Shown: positions 48,688 to 58,821 of the stretch, one piece after another
Layout of the letters: each line of letters starts with the position of its first letter
Numbering within the stretch: position 1 is the first letter of the stretch
Origin: Desulfosudaceae bacterium
GTDB taxonomy: Bacteria > Desulfobacterota > Desulfobacteria > Desulfobacterales > Desulfosudaceae
Length of the DNA stretch: 64,000 bases
Assembly: GCA_963674745.2 (NCBI GenBank)
Contig: CAXXDV010000003.1
Span: forward strand, 2,464,001-2,528,000
Direction: 5' to 3'
Notes under the pieces: generated by a model
Told to the model about the DNA's origin: nothing
The model's database searches: none
What the model saw: only the letters and a program-made list of their open reading frames with translations
Made by a program: the position numbers and the translations under genes

Positions 48688-49530
48688 ATGCTTACAGTAG
48701 ATTGGGCCTGGACGTATGCTTTTGGCGCAGGATTCGCGGCCTGCGCGGCAAGACAACTGAAAAAAGAAGAAAAACCGTTTGACAACCAGTGGTATGTTTT
48801 TACGCTTACTTTTTTTTCGGTTTTTTTCGTACCCGCATGTGTTTACCTCTTATGGGAACATCCCCAATGGGAAAGCGCGCAGCTGGCCAAAACGTTTACT
48901 GACCTGCCTGCCTGGCTGGTGACCGGTTATGCGGTCACCAATGTCACGCAGGGGATCCTGGGCTTTTGGGTTTCATTCAAACTGATTAAAAAAGGGAATT
49001 ACTACGCCGCCCACGCCAACTGGATGGCCGCCTGGATCCTCATGTGGTTCCTCGCTTTCTGCGGATGGGATTGTACCGGCTACCAGCGTTGGCTTTATGA
49101 CATGAGTGTAAACAACGGTCAATACTGGACACCCGGCACACACATGGGTGTCCGATTTTTCTATGCCAGCAAGATCTGGTGGACACTGGTGGTCATGGGG
49201 ATCTTTTTCGTCCCCATGCTGATTCACGGCTCTGTCAGCTTCGTCCGCAACGGCTTTAAGGAAGACCCATCCATTCCAGCCGGAACTGCCCCCGGCCCCA
49301 TCAGGATCCTGGCTGTTGTTTTTGGCGCACAATATGTTGTCTGCCTGGGGCTGGCAATCCTGGCCACGCTGTGCGTCATGGGCTTACGGAACCTGACCGG
49401 CAGTACGCTGACCGGTTACCTCATTGGCGTTCCGCTTTTTTCTATAGCAACCTACGTTCTGCTTTTCAGAAGGGGCATGCCCATGAACTTAATTGCCAGG
49501 CAATTGTATGTTAAAGAACCGGGGGAATAG
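48688..49530 (+). CDS. Multi-pass membrane protein of unknown function
   Basis: About 7 TM segments, Trp-rich; VD..W.YA.GAGFA..A.RQL N-terminus; ATG 48688. Confidence 0.7.
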   Translation: MLTVDWAWTYAFGAGFAACAARQLKKEEKPFDNQWYVFTLTFFSVFFVPACVYLLWEHPQWESAQLAKTFTDLPAWLVTGYAVTNVTQGILGFWVSFKLIKKGNYYAAHANWMAAWILMWFLAFCGWDCTGYQRWLYDMSVNNGQYWTPGTHMGVRFFYASKIWWTLVVMGIFFVPMLIHGSVSFVRNGFKEDPSIPAGTAPGPIRILAVVFGAQYVVCLGLAILATLCVMGLRNLTGSTLTGYLIGVPLFSIATYVLLFRRGMPMNLIARQLYVKEPGE

Positions 49531-49713
49531 CTGCTTGCTGACAGGTCCGAAATAGTAAAAAACCTGTTCCATTTTTTTGAGGTAGGTCTCAGGAGGGCAC
49601 TAGCATGTATGATATAGAGTATATGTACGAAATAAAATATTTAAATATACTATATATAATGCCCGGGCACCATTTATCATGACAAGACACTGTATTTAAA
49701 TGCTATTTCTGTG

Positions 49714-49729
49714 TGGCACAGATATTGCT
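49714..49729 (+). promoter_or_regulatory. sigma54 promoter
   Basis: TGGCACAGATATTGCT, near-consensus GG-N10-GC. Confidence 0.85.
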
Positions 49730-49812
49730 ATTAAGCACTTAATCAGCTTCGACCGTTTCGGTTTTAAAACGCATATCGTAACAACACTATTTTGGGGAAG
49801 GACGAAAAGATC

Positions 49813-51876
49813 ATGAAAGAAAACGTTTTCAGAAGAATGGTAATCCTTACATTTATTACCCTGACATTGCTGTTTCAATCAGCCGCTGTATTTGCAGTTG
49901 CCCCACCACCCCCGCCCCCGACCTATACCCTGACCGTCAACAACGGCAGTGGTGACGGGGCTTATCCGGCTGATGCGGCAATCAATATTGTTGCCGATGC
50001 AGCTCCGGCCGGCCAGGTGTTTGACCGCTGGGAAGTCGTTTCCGGAGGCGCCCGTATCGCTTCTGTCCGGGTTGCCAGCACCACCGTTACGATGCCGTCA
50101 AATAATGCCACTGTGACCGCGACATACATTGAACCGCAACCGCTTGATTTCAGCTGCCACCCCTATTCCCTGTCAACCTGCGCCATGCCGTACCCGAACG
50201 ACCTTTTTACGCCTGAAGAGATGACAGCTACCTTTTCAGAAGATCTTTTGTCACAGCTCCCTGAAAGTCTATTTCCAACAACCATTCTAAAAGACCGCGA
50301 TGGCTGGTCACCGGTAACGGCCGTATTATTTGAGGTACCCTATAAAATAAACGAATGTGCGCTCCCGCTCAATGGGGATAATGTTCTGAAGGTATTTGAC
50401 ATGGACGACCCCTATGCACCGCCTGTTCCTGTCAGGGTTCGACTCAGCCAGCCTGCCGAAGTAGAGAAGCAAAACTGGCAGATATTGAACCCGGGAGCAA
50501 AGACCCACCAGGTGATTGAAGCATTTCCGCGATCCCGCTTCCCCTTCGGGCACCGGATGGCGGCCGTGCTGACCACCGCCCTGAAGGCAGCCGACGGTAC
50601 CATCCCCACAGCGCCGGAGATACCCGAAGCATATGAAGGCCTGGCCTACGAACTGGCGGGTCGCGGCGTTGATCCGGGTACCATTTTATCCTTGACCGAG
50701 TTTACCATTGCCACGGAAGAAAACACCACCGGCAAGCTGTTTGATATGATCGATGTTATAGAAAATCAGGGTCATCCTGTCAAAGACCTTAAAATAGAAA
50801 GATGGTTAGGCCTGGATGTTGATACAGTCGTGAGAGGCAAAGTCCGCCTGACCAGTTTTCGTGATCTGAATGGCGATGGCATGGTTCACTTTGAAGCGGG
50901 AGATACCGGTAAAGAATACTGGGCTGATTTTGACCTCTTTTTTCCCTCTGAAGCCGATTGGGGGTCGGTGCCTGTCTGTATATACGGACACGGGCTGGAT
51001 GGGGATAAGGAAACAGCTGTTGTCTTCGCGGAATTAAATGCCGATGAAGGGATAGCCACATTGGCCATTGACTGGCCCAACCACGGTACCCGTTCATCAA
51101 AAGACGGCGGTCAAATGAAAACGCTGTTTGCCCCTGAAACCGTAAGTTTTATTACCGGCATGGCCGTTCAGGGTGTTCTTGATTTCCATTCTGTGATGGC
51201 CGCCATACGGGGCAGCCTTGCGGACCTGGACGTGATGCCGCCGCATGAGTGGTATAACTCCTTGAGGCCGGGATATGGCAGGCCGGATATTGATACAGAC
51301 AGGATATATTATATGGGCACCTCCCTGGGCGGTGTTTTCGGGAGCGGCTATGTCGGCAGTGCCACCGGCCTTGACGGCGCTTTTCTGCAGGTCTCCGGCG
51401 TGGGTATTATGCGGACACTGGCGCTTTCCGGCCTGTATGAAAGTATGGGATTTTACAAGATGGTGCCCATGGGCGCCACCCCTTCTGAAACGGCACTTCT
51501 CTTTAACTATGTGCAGAACATCGTGGATGTGGCCGATGGCGCCAACCTGATCCACAATATTCAGGATCCGAATGTCGGCGGGCAGAAAACACCGCTGGTG
51601 GTCCAGTATGGCCTGCATGACAGTATTGTTCACAATGACTCGTCTGAGGCAATGGCTGAAATCGCGGGCCTTAAACAGGTTCCGCCCGTTTGGAGAGACT
51701 TGGCTTATATCCCGAACACATGTGACGATGACGCTCCTTTTGCCCTTGTCCAGGGTACTTGGCCGGTCCCGTCCATTGAGGTTCTTGGACTTGACCTGGC
51801 GATGATCCAGCACATCTCCTTTCTTACACCCAGCGCGCTGTACTATTACGAGAACTGGCTGGCAAATATAAAGTAG
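49813..51876 (+). CDS. Secreted lipase-like alpha/beta hydrolase with Pro-rich linker and bacterial-repeat domain
   Basis: Signal peptide, PPPPPP, YTLTVNNGSG repeat domain, PYPND, DGWSP, HGL, IDWPNHG, GTSLGG, D..V.N, H. Confidence 0.75.
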   Translation: MKENVFRRMVILTFITLTLLFQSAAVFAVAPPPPPPTYTLTVNNGSGDGAYPADAAINIVADAAPAGQVFDRWEVVSGGARIASVRVASTTVTMPSNNATVTATYIEPQPLDFSCHPYSLSTCAMPYPNDLFTPEEMTATFSEDLLSQLPESLFPTTILKDRDGWSPVTAVLFEVPYKINECALPLNGDNVLKVFDMDDPYAPPVPVRVRLSQPAEVEKQNWQILNPGAKTHQVIEAFPRSRFPFGHRMAAVLTTALKAADGTIPTAPEIPEAYEGLAYELAGRGVDPGTILSLTEFTIATEENTTGKLFDMIDVIENQGHPVKDLKIERWLGLDVDTVVRGKVRLTSFRDLNGDGMVHFEAGDTGKEYWADFDLFFPSEADWGSVPVCIYGHGLDGDKETAVVFAELNADEGIATLAIDWPNHGTRSSKDGGQMKTLFAPETVSFITGMAVQGVLDFHSVMAAIRGSLADLDVMPPHEWYNSLRPGYGRPDIDTDRIYYMGTSLGGVFGSGYVGSATGLDGAFLQVSGVGIMRTLALSGLYESMGFYKMVPMGATPSETALLFNYVQNIVDVADGANLIHNIQDPNVGGQKTPLVVQYGLHDSIVHNDSSEAMAEIAGLKQVPPVWRDLAYIPNTCDDDAPFALVQGTWPVPSIEVLGLDLAMIQHISFLTPSALYYYENWLANIK

Positions 51877-51906
51877 TATGCTTACCGTTGATTGAGCGTG
51901 ATGAGC

Positions 51907-51950
51907 AAAACAATGGCCGTGGCAATTATGCCACGGCCATTTGTTTTTTT
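51907..51950 (+). terminator. Intrinsic terminator
   Basis: AATGGCCGTGGCA-ATTA-TGCCACGGCCATT followed by a T tract. Confidence 0.85.
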
Positions 51951-51992
51951 ACCGTTTTTCAGCCCTTACGTACTCGTAATAAGTATGAATCA

Positions 51993-52133
51993 TGATGGCA
52001 AAGTAAAAAGTTCAAGATCAAGGCGCCGCAAGTCCTGAGGAATGCAGCGTACTTATATGTACGTGAAATTCCGAAGGGTGCAGCGCAACGCAGCCCGCCG
52101 CCTTGCGGCATTGGACTTTTTACGAAGCCATCA
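51993..52133. mobile_element. MITE/REP-like element
   Basis: TIRs TGATGGCAAAGTAAAAAGT / ACTTTTTACGAAGCCATCA, 141 bp, no ORF. Confidence 0.7.
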
Positions 52134-52136
52134 GCC

Positions 52137-54227
52137 TTACCTCTTCCAGCCGTAAGGGATACCCAGTTTTTTCATTTTGCTGCGGAGCGTATTGGGTTTT
52201 ATCTGCAGCAGTTCGGCGGCGCCCCCGGGGCCTGCCACTTTTCCATGGGAAAGGGTCAGCGCCTTGTTTATGTGCCTGATAGTGGCTTCTTCCAAACCCG
52301 GGAAATCATCGTCCTGGCTGCCATTTTCCGGGGTGTTTTTATCAGGAGACTGCTGGAAGACATTTTCAAACGATAAGGGCCTTCCCATGCTCAGGATCAG
52401 TTCCCTTTCGATCACATTTTCCAGCTCGCGAACGTTGCCCGGCCACTCATATTCGGTCAATCGCCTCATGGCGCCCGGTGTCAAAGACGGCTTTTCGTGC
52501 AGATTCAGCTCACGGGATCTCTTTTCAATGAAATGATCCACGAGAGCCGGGATATCAGCACGCCTTGCCCGAAGGGGTGGGATTCTGATGGGGAAAACGT
52601 TCAGGCGGAACCACAAATCCTCCCGGAACTCCCTGGATGCAACCAGTTCCTCGAGATTGCGGTGGGTGGCGGCAATGATGCGGATGTTGACCGGTATGGT
52701 GTCCTTCCCGCCGACACGTTGAATAACTTTATGTTCAATCACCCGGAGCAGGCGGACCTGAACCGGGGGAGGCAGTTCCCCGATCTCATCCAGAAAGACG
52801 GTTCCGTTACTGGCCCTTTCAAAGTGGCCTTTTTTCAGGTTTGTTGCGCCGGTAAAGGCCCCTTTTTCGTGGCCGAACAGTTCGCTGTCCACAAGGGTAT
52901 CCGGGATGGCGCCGCAATTGACCTTAATCAAGGGGGCGTCTTTGCGTGAAGATTCCAGGTGAATATAATTTGCCACCACCTCCTTGCCAACACCGGTTTC
53001 GCCCAGCAGCAATACGGGACTGTCCTGCCCGGCAACGAGGCGGGCGTTGTCCACAACCCCTTTCAGGCCAAGGCCGGCCCCGACTATGGTCTGATTCAGA
53101 TTATCCTTCAGTTCTTCGTGCAGGTTTTTATTTTCAGCTTCAATGATGTTCTTCAGCCGGATGACCTCACGGTGTTTGATATTGTTTGAAAGGGCCAGAA
53201 CGAAAGGATCATGGAGCATTTCAAAAAGCTTTTTGTGCTCTGCTTTGTAGCGACCCTTTCCTTCCAGCCCTACCAGCGCAATACCCACAAGCTTTTTCTT
53301 GTGAATGAGGGGCATGGCAATAAGCGAAAAGTCATTTCCGAATATTTTGGTATGTTGATGTGCTACAGGGTGGCGTTCGGGATTGTTTATTATAAGTGTT
53401 TTAGGAGGGTCCCCAACACCCATGAATTGGGGGTCTTCCGAGACATTCAGGACCGGGAGAAGGGAATCCAGCTTTGAAAAAAAGAAGCCATAGTGCTCGG
53501 CCAGCACACGTTCTGACTGCAATTCCGGCTCTGTCTGCCAGACATGGAGCACGTCCGCAGGCAAAAACCGGCTGAGGTATTGAGCGCAATGCGTGACCCC
53601 GGTTTTAAGGTCTAAATGGCCGCACAACCGCCGTGTGACCTGTCGGAAGAATTCGTTTTTATCAGCCACGGGCTCTTTTTGGGAAGGGTGAAGCTTTTTC
53701 CTGTCGTAATCTTTAATGAGTGCGTCCGCCACCAGTTGAAGGGGCTCTCTCACAGGCGTGAGCAGGCGGGTGTGTTCTTCCGTGAATTTATCCTTTTCGT
53801 CAGCGATGATCATTGCGTTGGCATAAGAACCCTCAGCGTTTTTGAAAATAATATACACGGCTGACCAGTCAAACAATCTGGCACGTTCAGAGATTGACGT
53901 CCCGACGATGTCCCTTTCCGGATGATTTATAACCCAGATATCGGGGTTGTCGGCACTGCATGCCAGGTCAATTATCTCCTGGGGTTGTTCGTACATGAAA
54001 TTTGTTTTTTCCGCCCCTGTGCTCACGGCCTGGGCGATAATCCTGACCAGGCGAAGATCATGATGATTATGAAAGATGCTTATTTTCGTCAGAGGAGCGA
54101 ATTCTGAAATATAGTTGAAAATATCAAAAAGCGCTTCTTCGATGTTGCCCTCTTCCAGGACACGCCGCCTGACCTTATTCAATAATTGATCGGAATCCAT
54201 TTTTATCATCGGTGAGTGCTCATCCAT
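52137..54227 (-). CDS. sigma54 enhancer-binding protein with tandem GAF-like sensor domains
   Basis: Internally repeated N-terminal domain (INHPERD / INNPERH), [22 protein letters not shown], Fis HTH. Confidence 0.92.
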   Translation of the reverse strand: MDEHSPMIKMDSDQLLNKVRRRVLEEGNIEEALFDIFNYISEFAPLTKISIFHNHHDLRLVRIIAQAVSTGAEKTNFMYEQPQEIIDLACSADNPDIWVINHPERDIVGTSISERARLFDWSAVYIIFKNAEGSYANAMIIADEKDKFTEEHTRLLTPVREPLQLVADALIKDYDRKKLHPSQKEPVADKNEFFRQVTRRLCGHLDLKTGVTHCAQYLSRFLPADVLHVWQTEPELQSERVLAEHYGFFFSKLDSLLPVLNVSEDPQFMGVGDPPKTLIINNPERHPVAHQHTKIFGNDFSLIAMPLIHKKKLVGIALVGLEGKGRYKAEHKKLFEMLHDPFVLALSNNIKHREVIRLKNIIEAENKNLHEELKDNLNQTIVGAGLGLKGVVDNARLVAGQDSPVLLLGETGVGKEVVANYIHLESSRKDAPLIKVNCGAIPDTLVDSELFGHEKGAFTGATNLKKGHFERASNGTVFLDEIGELPPPVQVRLLRVIEHKVIQRVGGKDTIPVNIRIIAATHRNLEELVASREFREDLWFRLNVFPIRIPPLRARRADIPALVDHFIEKRSRELNLHEKPSLTPGAMRRLTEYEWPGNVRELENVIERELILSMGRPLSFENVFQQSPDKNTPENGSQDDDFPGLEEATIRHINKALTLSHGKVAGPGGAAELLQIKPNTLRSKMKKLGIPYGWKR

Positions 54228-54452
54228 AACTTCAAAATATCATAAATGCGTTTTTCTAAACTCTGTCAGGAATCCCTTCCTGCTTTTGGAAATGACTGCA
54301 AAGGCAATTTCAACTTTAAGATTTCAAAGCCCGCGTCAATTTCCAAGTATCATATAAAAAACATATACGAAATACAATATCATCATGCACTTTATTTCGT
54401 ATTCCCTCACCATATATTAAGATAATAATTTGTATTATATCGTTTTTTTTGT

Positions 54453-54468
54453 TGGCACAGAGAATGCT
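54453..54468 (+). promoter_or_regulatory. sigma54 promoter
   Basis: TGGCACAGAGAATGCT (GG-N10-GC), divergent from the EBP gene. Confidence 0.82.
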
Positions 54469-54578
54469 CTATAGTTTTAAATTAATTAGCGCCGCCGTGC
54501 CGGCTCAAGCCCGGTTATTTCATGAAATATCGGCCAGGGCGCTCAAGACAATCAGCACCAACGAAGAAGGGGGAAAGA

Positions 54579-55649
54579 ATGGAGAAAACAAGAATGGTAA
54601 GTAAAATCATGGTACTGTCATTACTAACCCTGTTTATGCTTGCTCAGTCAGCCATTGTTTTTGGATCGGCCCCGCCGCCGCCTGCACCTACCGGCACCGT
54701 TGAACAACCGGCCACAGGATATGGCTCAAACGGCCCGTATGGCGTCGGCCACAAATCTTTCTGTAACACCAGGGACTTGACCAAGAAAGTGCACATTTTT
54801 TATCCGATTGGCGCAACCCCGGCACCAACGATATTCTTTTCTCATGGTTATACGGGCAGCGACCCGAAATTCTATCAGGCAATGATCGATCATTTTGTCA
54901 GCAACGGGTATTCTGTGGTTTTTCCAAATACGGGTGAAATTGGAATCGTCATATATCCACTCTGGGTTTTTCATACCTACGAGCTTTTCTGGCACGGAAT
55001 GGAACAGGCCGCCAGAAATTACAGCCATCTGATCGACACGGATAAAGTCGGGTTCATCGGGCATTCATTGGGTGCCGGCGCAGTCCCATGGCTTTGCTAT
55101 AAGGGGGCGCAAGAGGGCTGGGGAGACGAAGGGCTATTCATGATTCAATGCGCGCCATGGTACACGTATAATATGAGTGATTGTGAACTGGCCAGCTTTC
55201 CTCCCCACACTAAATATCTGTGCATGAATTATGAAGACGATACAACCAATGACCACCGGATGGGTATCGATATATTTAATCATATAAACATTACCGACCC
55301 GGAAAAAGATTATATCCTGTATCACAGCAGTTCAAATTGTTCTGCCAGCATGGCAGCAGATCACAATTTAATCGTCAGCGAGGATAATGATGGCCCATGC
55401 CTAGATGGCCTGGATTATTATTCGTGGCGGCATATGGATGCCTTAGCCGATTATGCATTTACAGGCAGCCCCGAAGCCTGGGAGATCGCCCTTGGAAATA
55501 ACAGCGATGCCCAAAGATACATGGGGGAATGGACATGTGACGGAACACCTGCAAGAAAGTGCAGCGTAACCGATTACCCGGTCCCATCTAAAGACCAGAC
55601 AGCATATTTGTTCTGGTGGTCCGGTATTTTAAATCCAAGAAATTATTAA
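54579..55649 (+). CDS. Secreted cutinase/chlorophyllase-like alpha/beta hydrolase
   Basis: Signal peptide + PPPP, GPYGV, HGYTG, GHSLG, APW, Cys-rich; ATG 54579. Confidence 0.75.
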   Translation: MEKTRMVSKIMVLSLLTLFMLAQSAIVFGSAPPPPAPTGTVEQPATGYGSNGPYGVGHKSFCNTRDLTKKVHIFYPIGATPAPTIFFSHGYTGSDPKFYQAMIDHFVSNGYSVVFPNTGEIGIVIYPLWVFHTYELFWHGMEQAARNYSHLIDTDKVGFIGHSLGAGAVPWLCYKGAQEGWGDEGLFMIQCAPWYTYNMSDCELASFPPHTKYLCMNYEDDTTNDHRMGIDIFNHINITDPEKDYILYHSSSNCSASMAADHNLIVSEDNDGPCLDGLDYYSWRHMDALADYAFTGSPEAWEIALGNNSDAQRYMGEWTCDGTPARKCSVTDYPVPSKDQTAYLFWWSGILNPRNY

Positions 55650-55688
55650 TGAAAAGATAAAAACGCTGATAATCAAAGGAGAAAAGTT

Positions 55689-57035
55689 ATGATTGAATTC
55701 AGCAGAATACGGTTTGGTTTGGTTTTTGCCGTTGTTTTTTGTGTGTTGTTGAGCGGTTGCAAAATCAGCGGTAATGTCAGGGATAACGGGGTTGGTTTAC
55801 AAGGCATCACCGTTACCCTTACCGGCAAGCCGGACAGGCCGACCAATATTGATCATCTCATCACAACAACGGATAGTCGCGGATACTTTGAGTTTGATGA
55901 AATACCGGATGGAGATTATATCGTTACGCCTTCAAAAGAGGGAATGATCTTTGAACCACCACAGCGAAAAGTCTTCTTAACCAATAAAGAACCAGAAGAG
56001 AACCTGACCTTTGAAGCGATCAAAAGCTCGGGCCCCATGAATTTCTACTATGGCAACCTGCATAGCCACTCGAGCTATTCAGATGGTGAGGGTACAGCAG
56101 CCCAGGCTTTTGCCTGGGCAAGGGATAAAGCCGGGCTCGATTTTTATGCCATCACAGATCATGCTTTCATGTTGGTCCACGATACCAACATCGATTTTAA
56201 CCTGGTTGATGAATGGGCTGATGTCAAAAGACAGGCCGATATTTTTTCGCAACAGGATGTATTTGTCGGCATCATCGGCTTTGAATGGAGTCACCCTTTA
56301 CTGGGGCATGTATGTGTTTATGGAACAGAAGATTATACCACTTTTCTCTTAACCGGTGATATGTATTGGTTCTACAGGTGGCTGGCGGAACGGCCCGAAG
56401 CCCTGGCCCAGTTCAATCACCCCGGAAGAGAACCATTGAAATTCAATTGTTTTGCCCTTGAAACAGACGTCCAGGATAATATGTGCGCCCTTGAAACCGG
56501 GAATAAGGATGTCGGCAATAATGACGAAGAATACCTGAACTATTATCACGAGGTGCTTGATAAAGGCTGGAAGGTCGCCCCCACCAGCAACCAGGACAAT
56601 CACAGCCTGGCAACAAATTCTCACCGCACCGTAGTGATTGCACGGGAACTCAGCCGTGATGGAATTTCAGAAGCCATGCGGTCACGCCGCATGTATTCAT
56701 CCGACGATCCCAACATAAAGATTACATATCACTATCAAGACAAATGGATGGGATCGGAAATCGCGGTTGACGCCGCCGCCGTCACGCTCACCATAAACAT
56801 CGAAGACGATGAGCCCATTACCAAAGTTCAACTGATTACCAACGGGGGAAGAATTATTCAGGAAATAACCCCGGCAGCAGGGCAGACAGCCGTGTCCTGG
56901 AATCCGACCGTGATGCTGGGCGGGACAGAATGCTATTTTTATGTTCAGGTTACCGAACAAAATGAGCTTGATGATGATGAGGGCAACACCGAGCAAATTG
57001 CGGTTTCAGCCCCTTTATGGTTCACGCCTATCTAA
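55689..57035 (+). CDS. Lipoprotein, CehA/McbA-like PHP metallohydrolase with N-terminal prealbumin-like domain
   Basis: LSGC lipobox, GNLHSHSSYSDG, ITDH, GFEWS, GH, NHP, DNH. Confidence 0.8.
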   Translation: MIEFSRIRFGLVFAVVFCVLLSGCKISGNVRDNGVGLQGITVTLTGKPDRPTNIDHLITTTDSRGYFEFDEIPDGDYIVTPSKEGMIFEPPQRKVFLTNKEPEENLTFEAIKSSGPMNFYYGNLHSHSSYSDGEGTAAQAFAWARDKAGLDFYAITDHAFMLVHDTNIDFNLVDEWADVKRQADIFSQQDVFVGIIGFEWSHPLLGHVCVYGTEDYTTFLLTGDMYWFYRWLAERPEALAQFNHPGREPLKFNCFALETDVQDNMCALETGNKDVGNNDEEYLNYYHEVLDKGWKVAPTSNQDNHSLATNSHRTVVIARELSRDGISEAMRSRRMYSSDDPNIKITYHYQDKWMGSEIAVDAAAVTLTINIEDDEPITKVQLITNGGRIIQEITPAAGQTAVSWNPTVMLGGTECYFYVQVTEQNELDDDEGNTEQIAVSAPLWFTPI

Positions 57036-57057
57036 TTGTCAATAACCGGTTTAGCAA

Positions 57058-57095
57058 AGGAAAAAGGGCGATGCCAGGCACCGCCCTTTTTTTCC
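57058..57095. terminator. Intrinsic terminator
   Basis: AAAAAGGGCG...CGCCCTTTTTTT. Confidence 0.75.
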
Positions 57096-57103
57096 CTATC
57101 AAT

Positions 57104-57481
57104 ATGACACGGAAACCAATCCGGCAAAAAACCAGATGCATTACCCAGTACGGGATGATTGCCGTTTGTGAAAACCATCCGATGTTTATCGGAGAGGTTC
57201 TTGATATCAGCGCGGAAGGTATGGCCATCAAATGCTTTATTAAACCTGTTGTTAAGCACCGGAACAGGCGTATCCGTCTGATGGGGCCTAAAGGAATAAA
57301 AATTGAGGATATTCCCGCAGAAATCGTATATATTTCAAAAACACCTTTTATTCCTGCCAATAACAAGCAGGATAAAGATCGTTTCTATCGGGTAGGTATA
57401 CGTTTAGCGCCAAAAACAGGACAGGCAGATAAAATCCATCAATTGATTGACGTGATCAGAAAAATGGGCATACCGTCATAA
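57104..57481 (+). CDS. PilZ-domain protein
   Basis: RQKTR (RxxxR) and DISAEG (DxSxxG) motifs. Confidence 0.65.
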   Translation: MTRKPIRQKTRCITQYGMIAVCENHPMFIGEVLDISAEGMAIKCFIKPVVKHRNRRIRLMGPKGIKIEDIPAEIVYISKTPFIPANNKQDKDRFYRVGIRLAPKTGQADKIHQLIDVIRKMGIPS

Positions 57482-57485
57482 CGGA

Positions 57486-58712
57486 ATGTCGAAACGGTAC
57501 AAACCAATGAGCAGAGAAAACTACAAACTGTTTTCTGAGGGTCGGTTAGGCGGCCTGTCTGTCAAAAATCGCCTGGTCCGATCGGCTACGTATGAGGCGT
57601 GTGCTACTGACGCCGGAAGCGTGACCGAAAAGATGCTCTGCTTGTACAAAGACCTGGCCGCAGGAGGGGTTGGGACGATTATCACCGGTCACATGGCGGT
57701 CTGTCTTTCCGGCAGGGCGATGCCCCGGCAAACCTGCATTCACTCCGATGCTTTTATTGACGACCTGGCCCGGTTGGCTGAAGCGGTTCATAATCAGGGC
57801 GATAACTGCAAGGTGATCGCGCAGTTAAGCCATTGCGGCAGGCAGGTGACCCATCACAACCATGAGGCTGAATGTGTCGGGCCGTCCGAAGTGCCCAGTC
57901 CCCTCCTCAGAAAACAGTGCCGGAAGCTCACCACTAAAGAAGTTAAAAAGGTTATTCAGGACTTCGCAGCGGGTATTGAGCGGGTCAAAAAGGCAGGCTT
58001 TGATGGGGTTCAGCTGCACGCAGCCCACGGCTGGCTGTTGAGTTCGTTTATGTCTCCCTACACAAACCGCCGTAAAGATGAGTACGGCGGTTCTTTAAAA
58101 AACAGGACAAGAATCGTCCGGGAAATTGCGGCCTCGGCCCGAAAAAAAACAGGCGACTTTCCTTTGCTTATCAAGATAAACGCAACCGATTATATAGATG
58201 GCGGGATCAGCGAGAATACTTTTCCGGAACTGGCCCGGGAAGTAAAAGCCTCTGGATTCGACGCCATTGAGGTAAGCGGCGGCATGTGGGATTGCCTTGT
58301 CCGCACAGAAGCGGAACTCGGATTTCGGCCGATGCCCATACCTGAAGCCCACACCAGAATAAGCAGCCCCGAAAAGCAATCCTATTTTTCTAAGGCGGTT
58401 GAATCGCTCCATCTCGACAAACCGGTCATCCTGGTCGGGGGAAACAGAAATGCAGACCGCCTGGAAGAACTGTTGCAAACCAGCGCTGTTGACTTTATTT
58501 CTCTATCCAGACCGTTGATTTCAGAGCCGGATTTGCCCAGGCGCTGGCTTGAAGGAAAAGGCAGTCCCGGCACGGATTGTGTCTCATGCAATTCATGCCT
58601 TCAGACGATATCCGCCGGGGGCAGCCTCGAATGCATGCTTAAACAAAACCGGATTAAACAGGAAATCGTCAGGCGCTTTGCTCCAAAACTCTGGAAATTC
58701 TTATTGAAGTAA
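57486..58712 (+). CDS. NADH:flavin oxidoreductase (Old Yellow Enzyme family)
   Basis: KNRLVRSAT, QLSHCG, FDGVQLHAAHGWLL, NRR.DEYGG, CVSCNSC. Confidence 0.92.
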   Translation: MSKRYKPMSRENYKLFSEGRLGGLSVKNRLVRSATYEACATDAGSVTEKMLCLYKDLAAGGVGTIITGHMAVCLSGRAMPRQTCIHSDAFIDDLARLAEAVHNQGDNCKVIAQLSHCGRQVTHHNHEAECVGPSEVPSPLLRKQCRKLTTKEVKKVIQDFAAGIERVKKAGFDGVQLHAAHGWLLSSFMSPYTNRRKDEYGGSLKNRTRIVREIAASARKKTGDFPLLIKINATDYIDGGISENTFPELAREVKASGFDAIEVSGGMWDCLVRTEAELGFRPMPIPEAHTRISSPEKQSYFSKAVESLHLDKPVILVGGNRNADRLEELLQTSAVDFISLSRPLISEPDLPRRWLEGKGSPGTDCVSCNSCLQTISAGGSLECMLKQNRIKQEIVRRFAPKLWKFLLK

Positions 58713-58821
58713 AAAATTGCGGCACGACTTTAATATCTCCCGGATTACCTTTAATGCCCCGACCGCGCAAATTTCTTCCGGTACTCCCCGGGGTTAATCC
58801 AGTCCTTTTTACATTTGTTTT

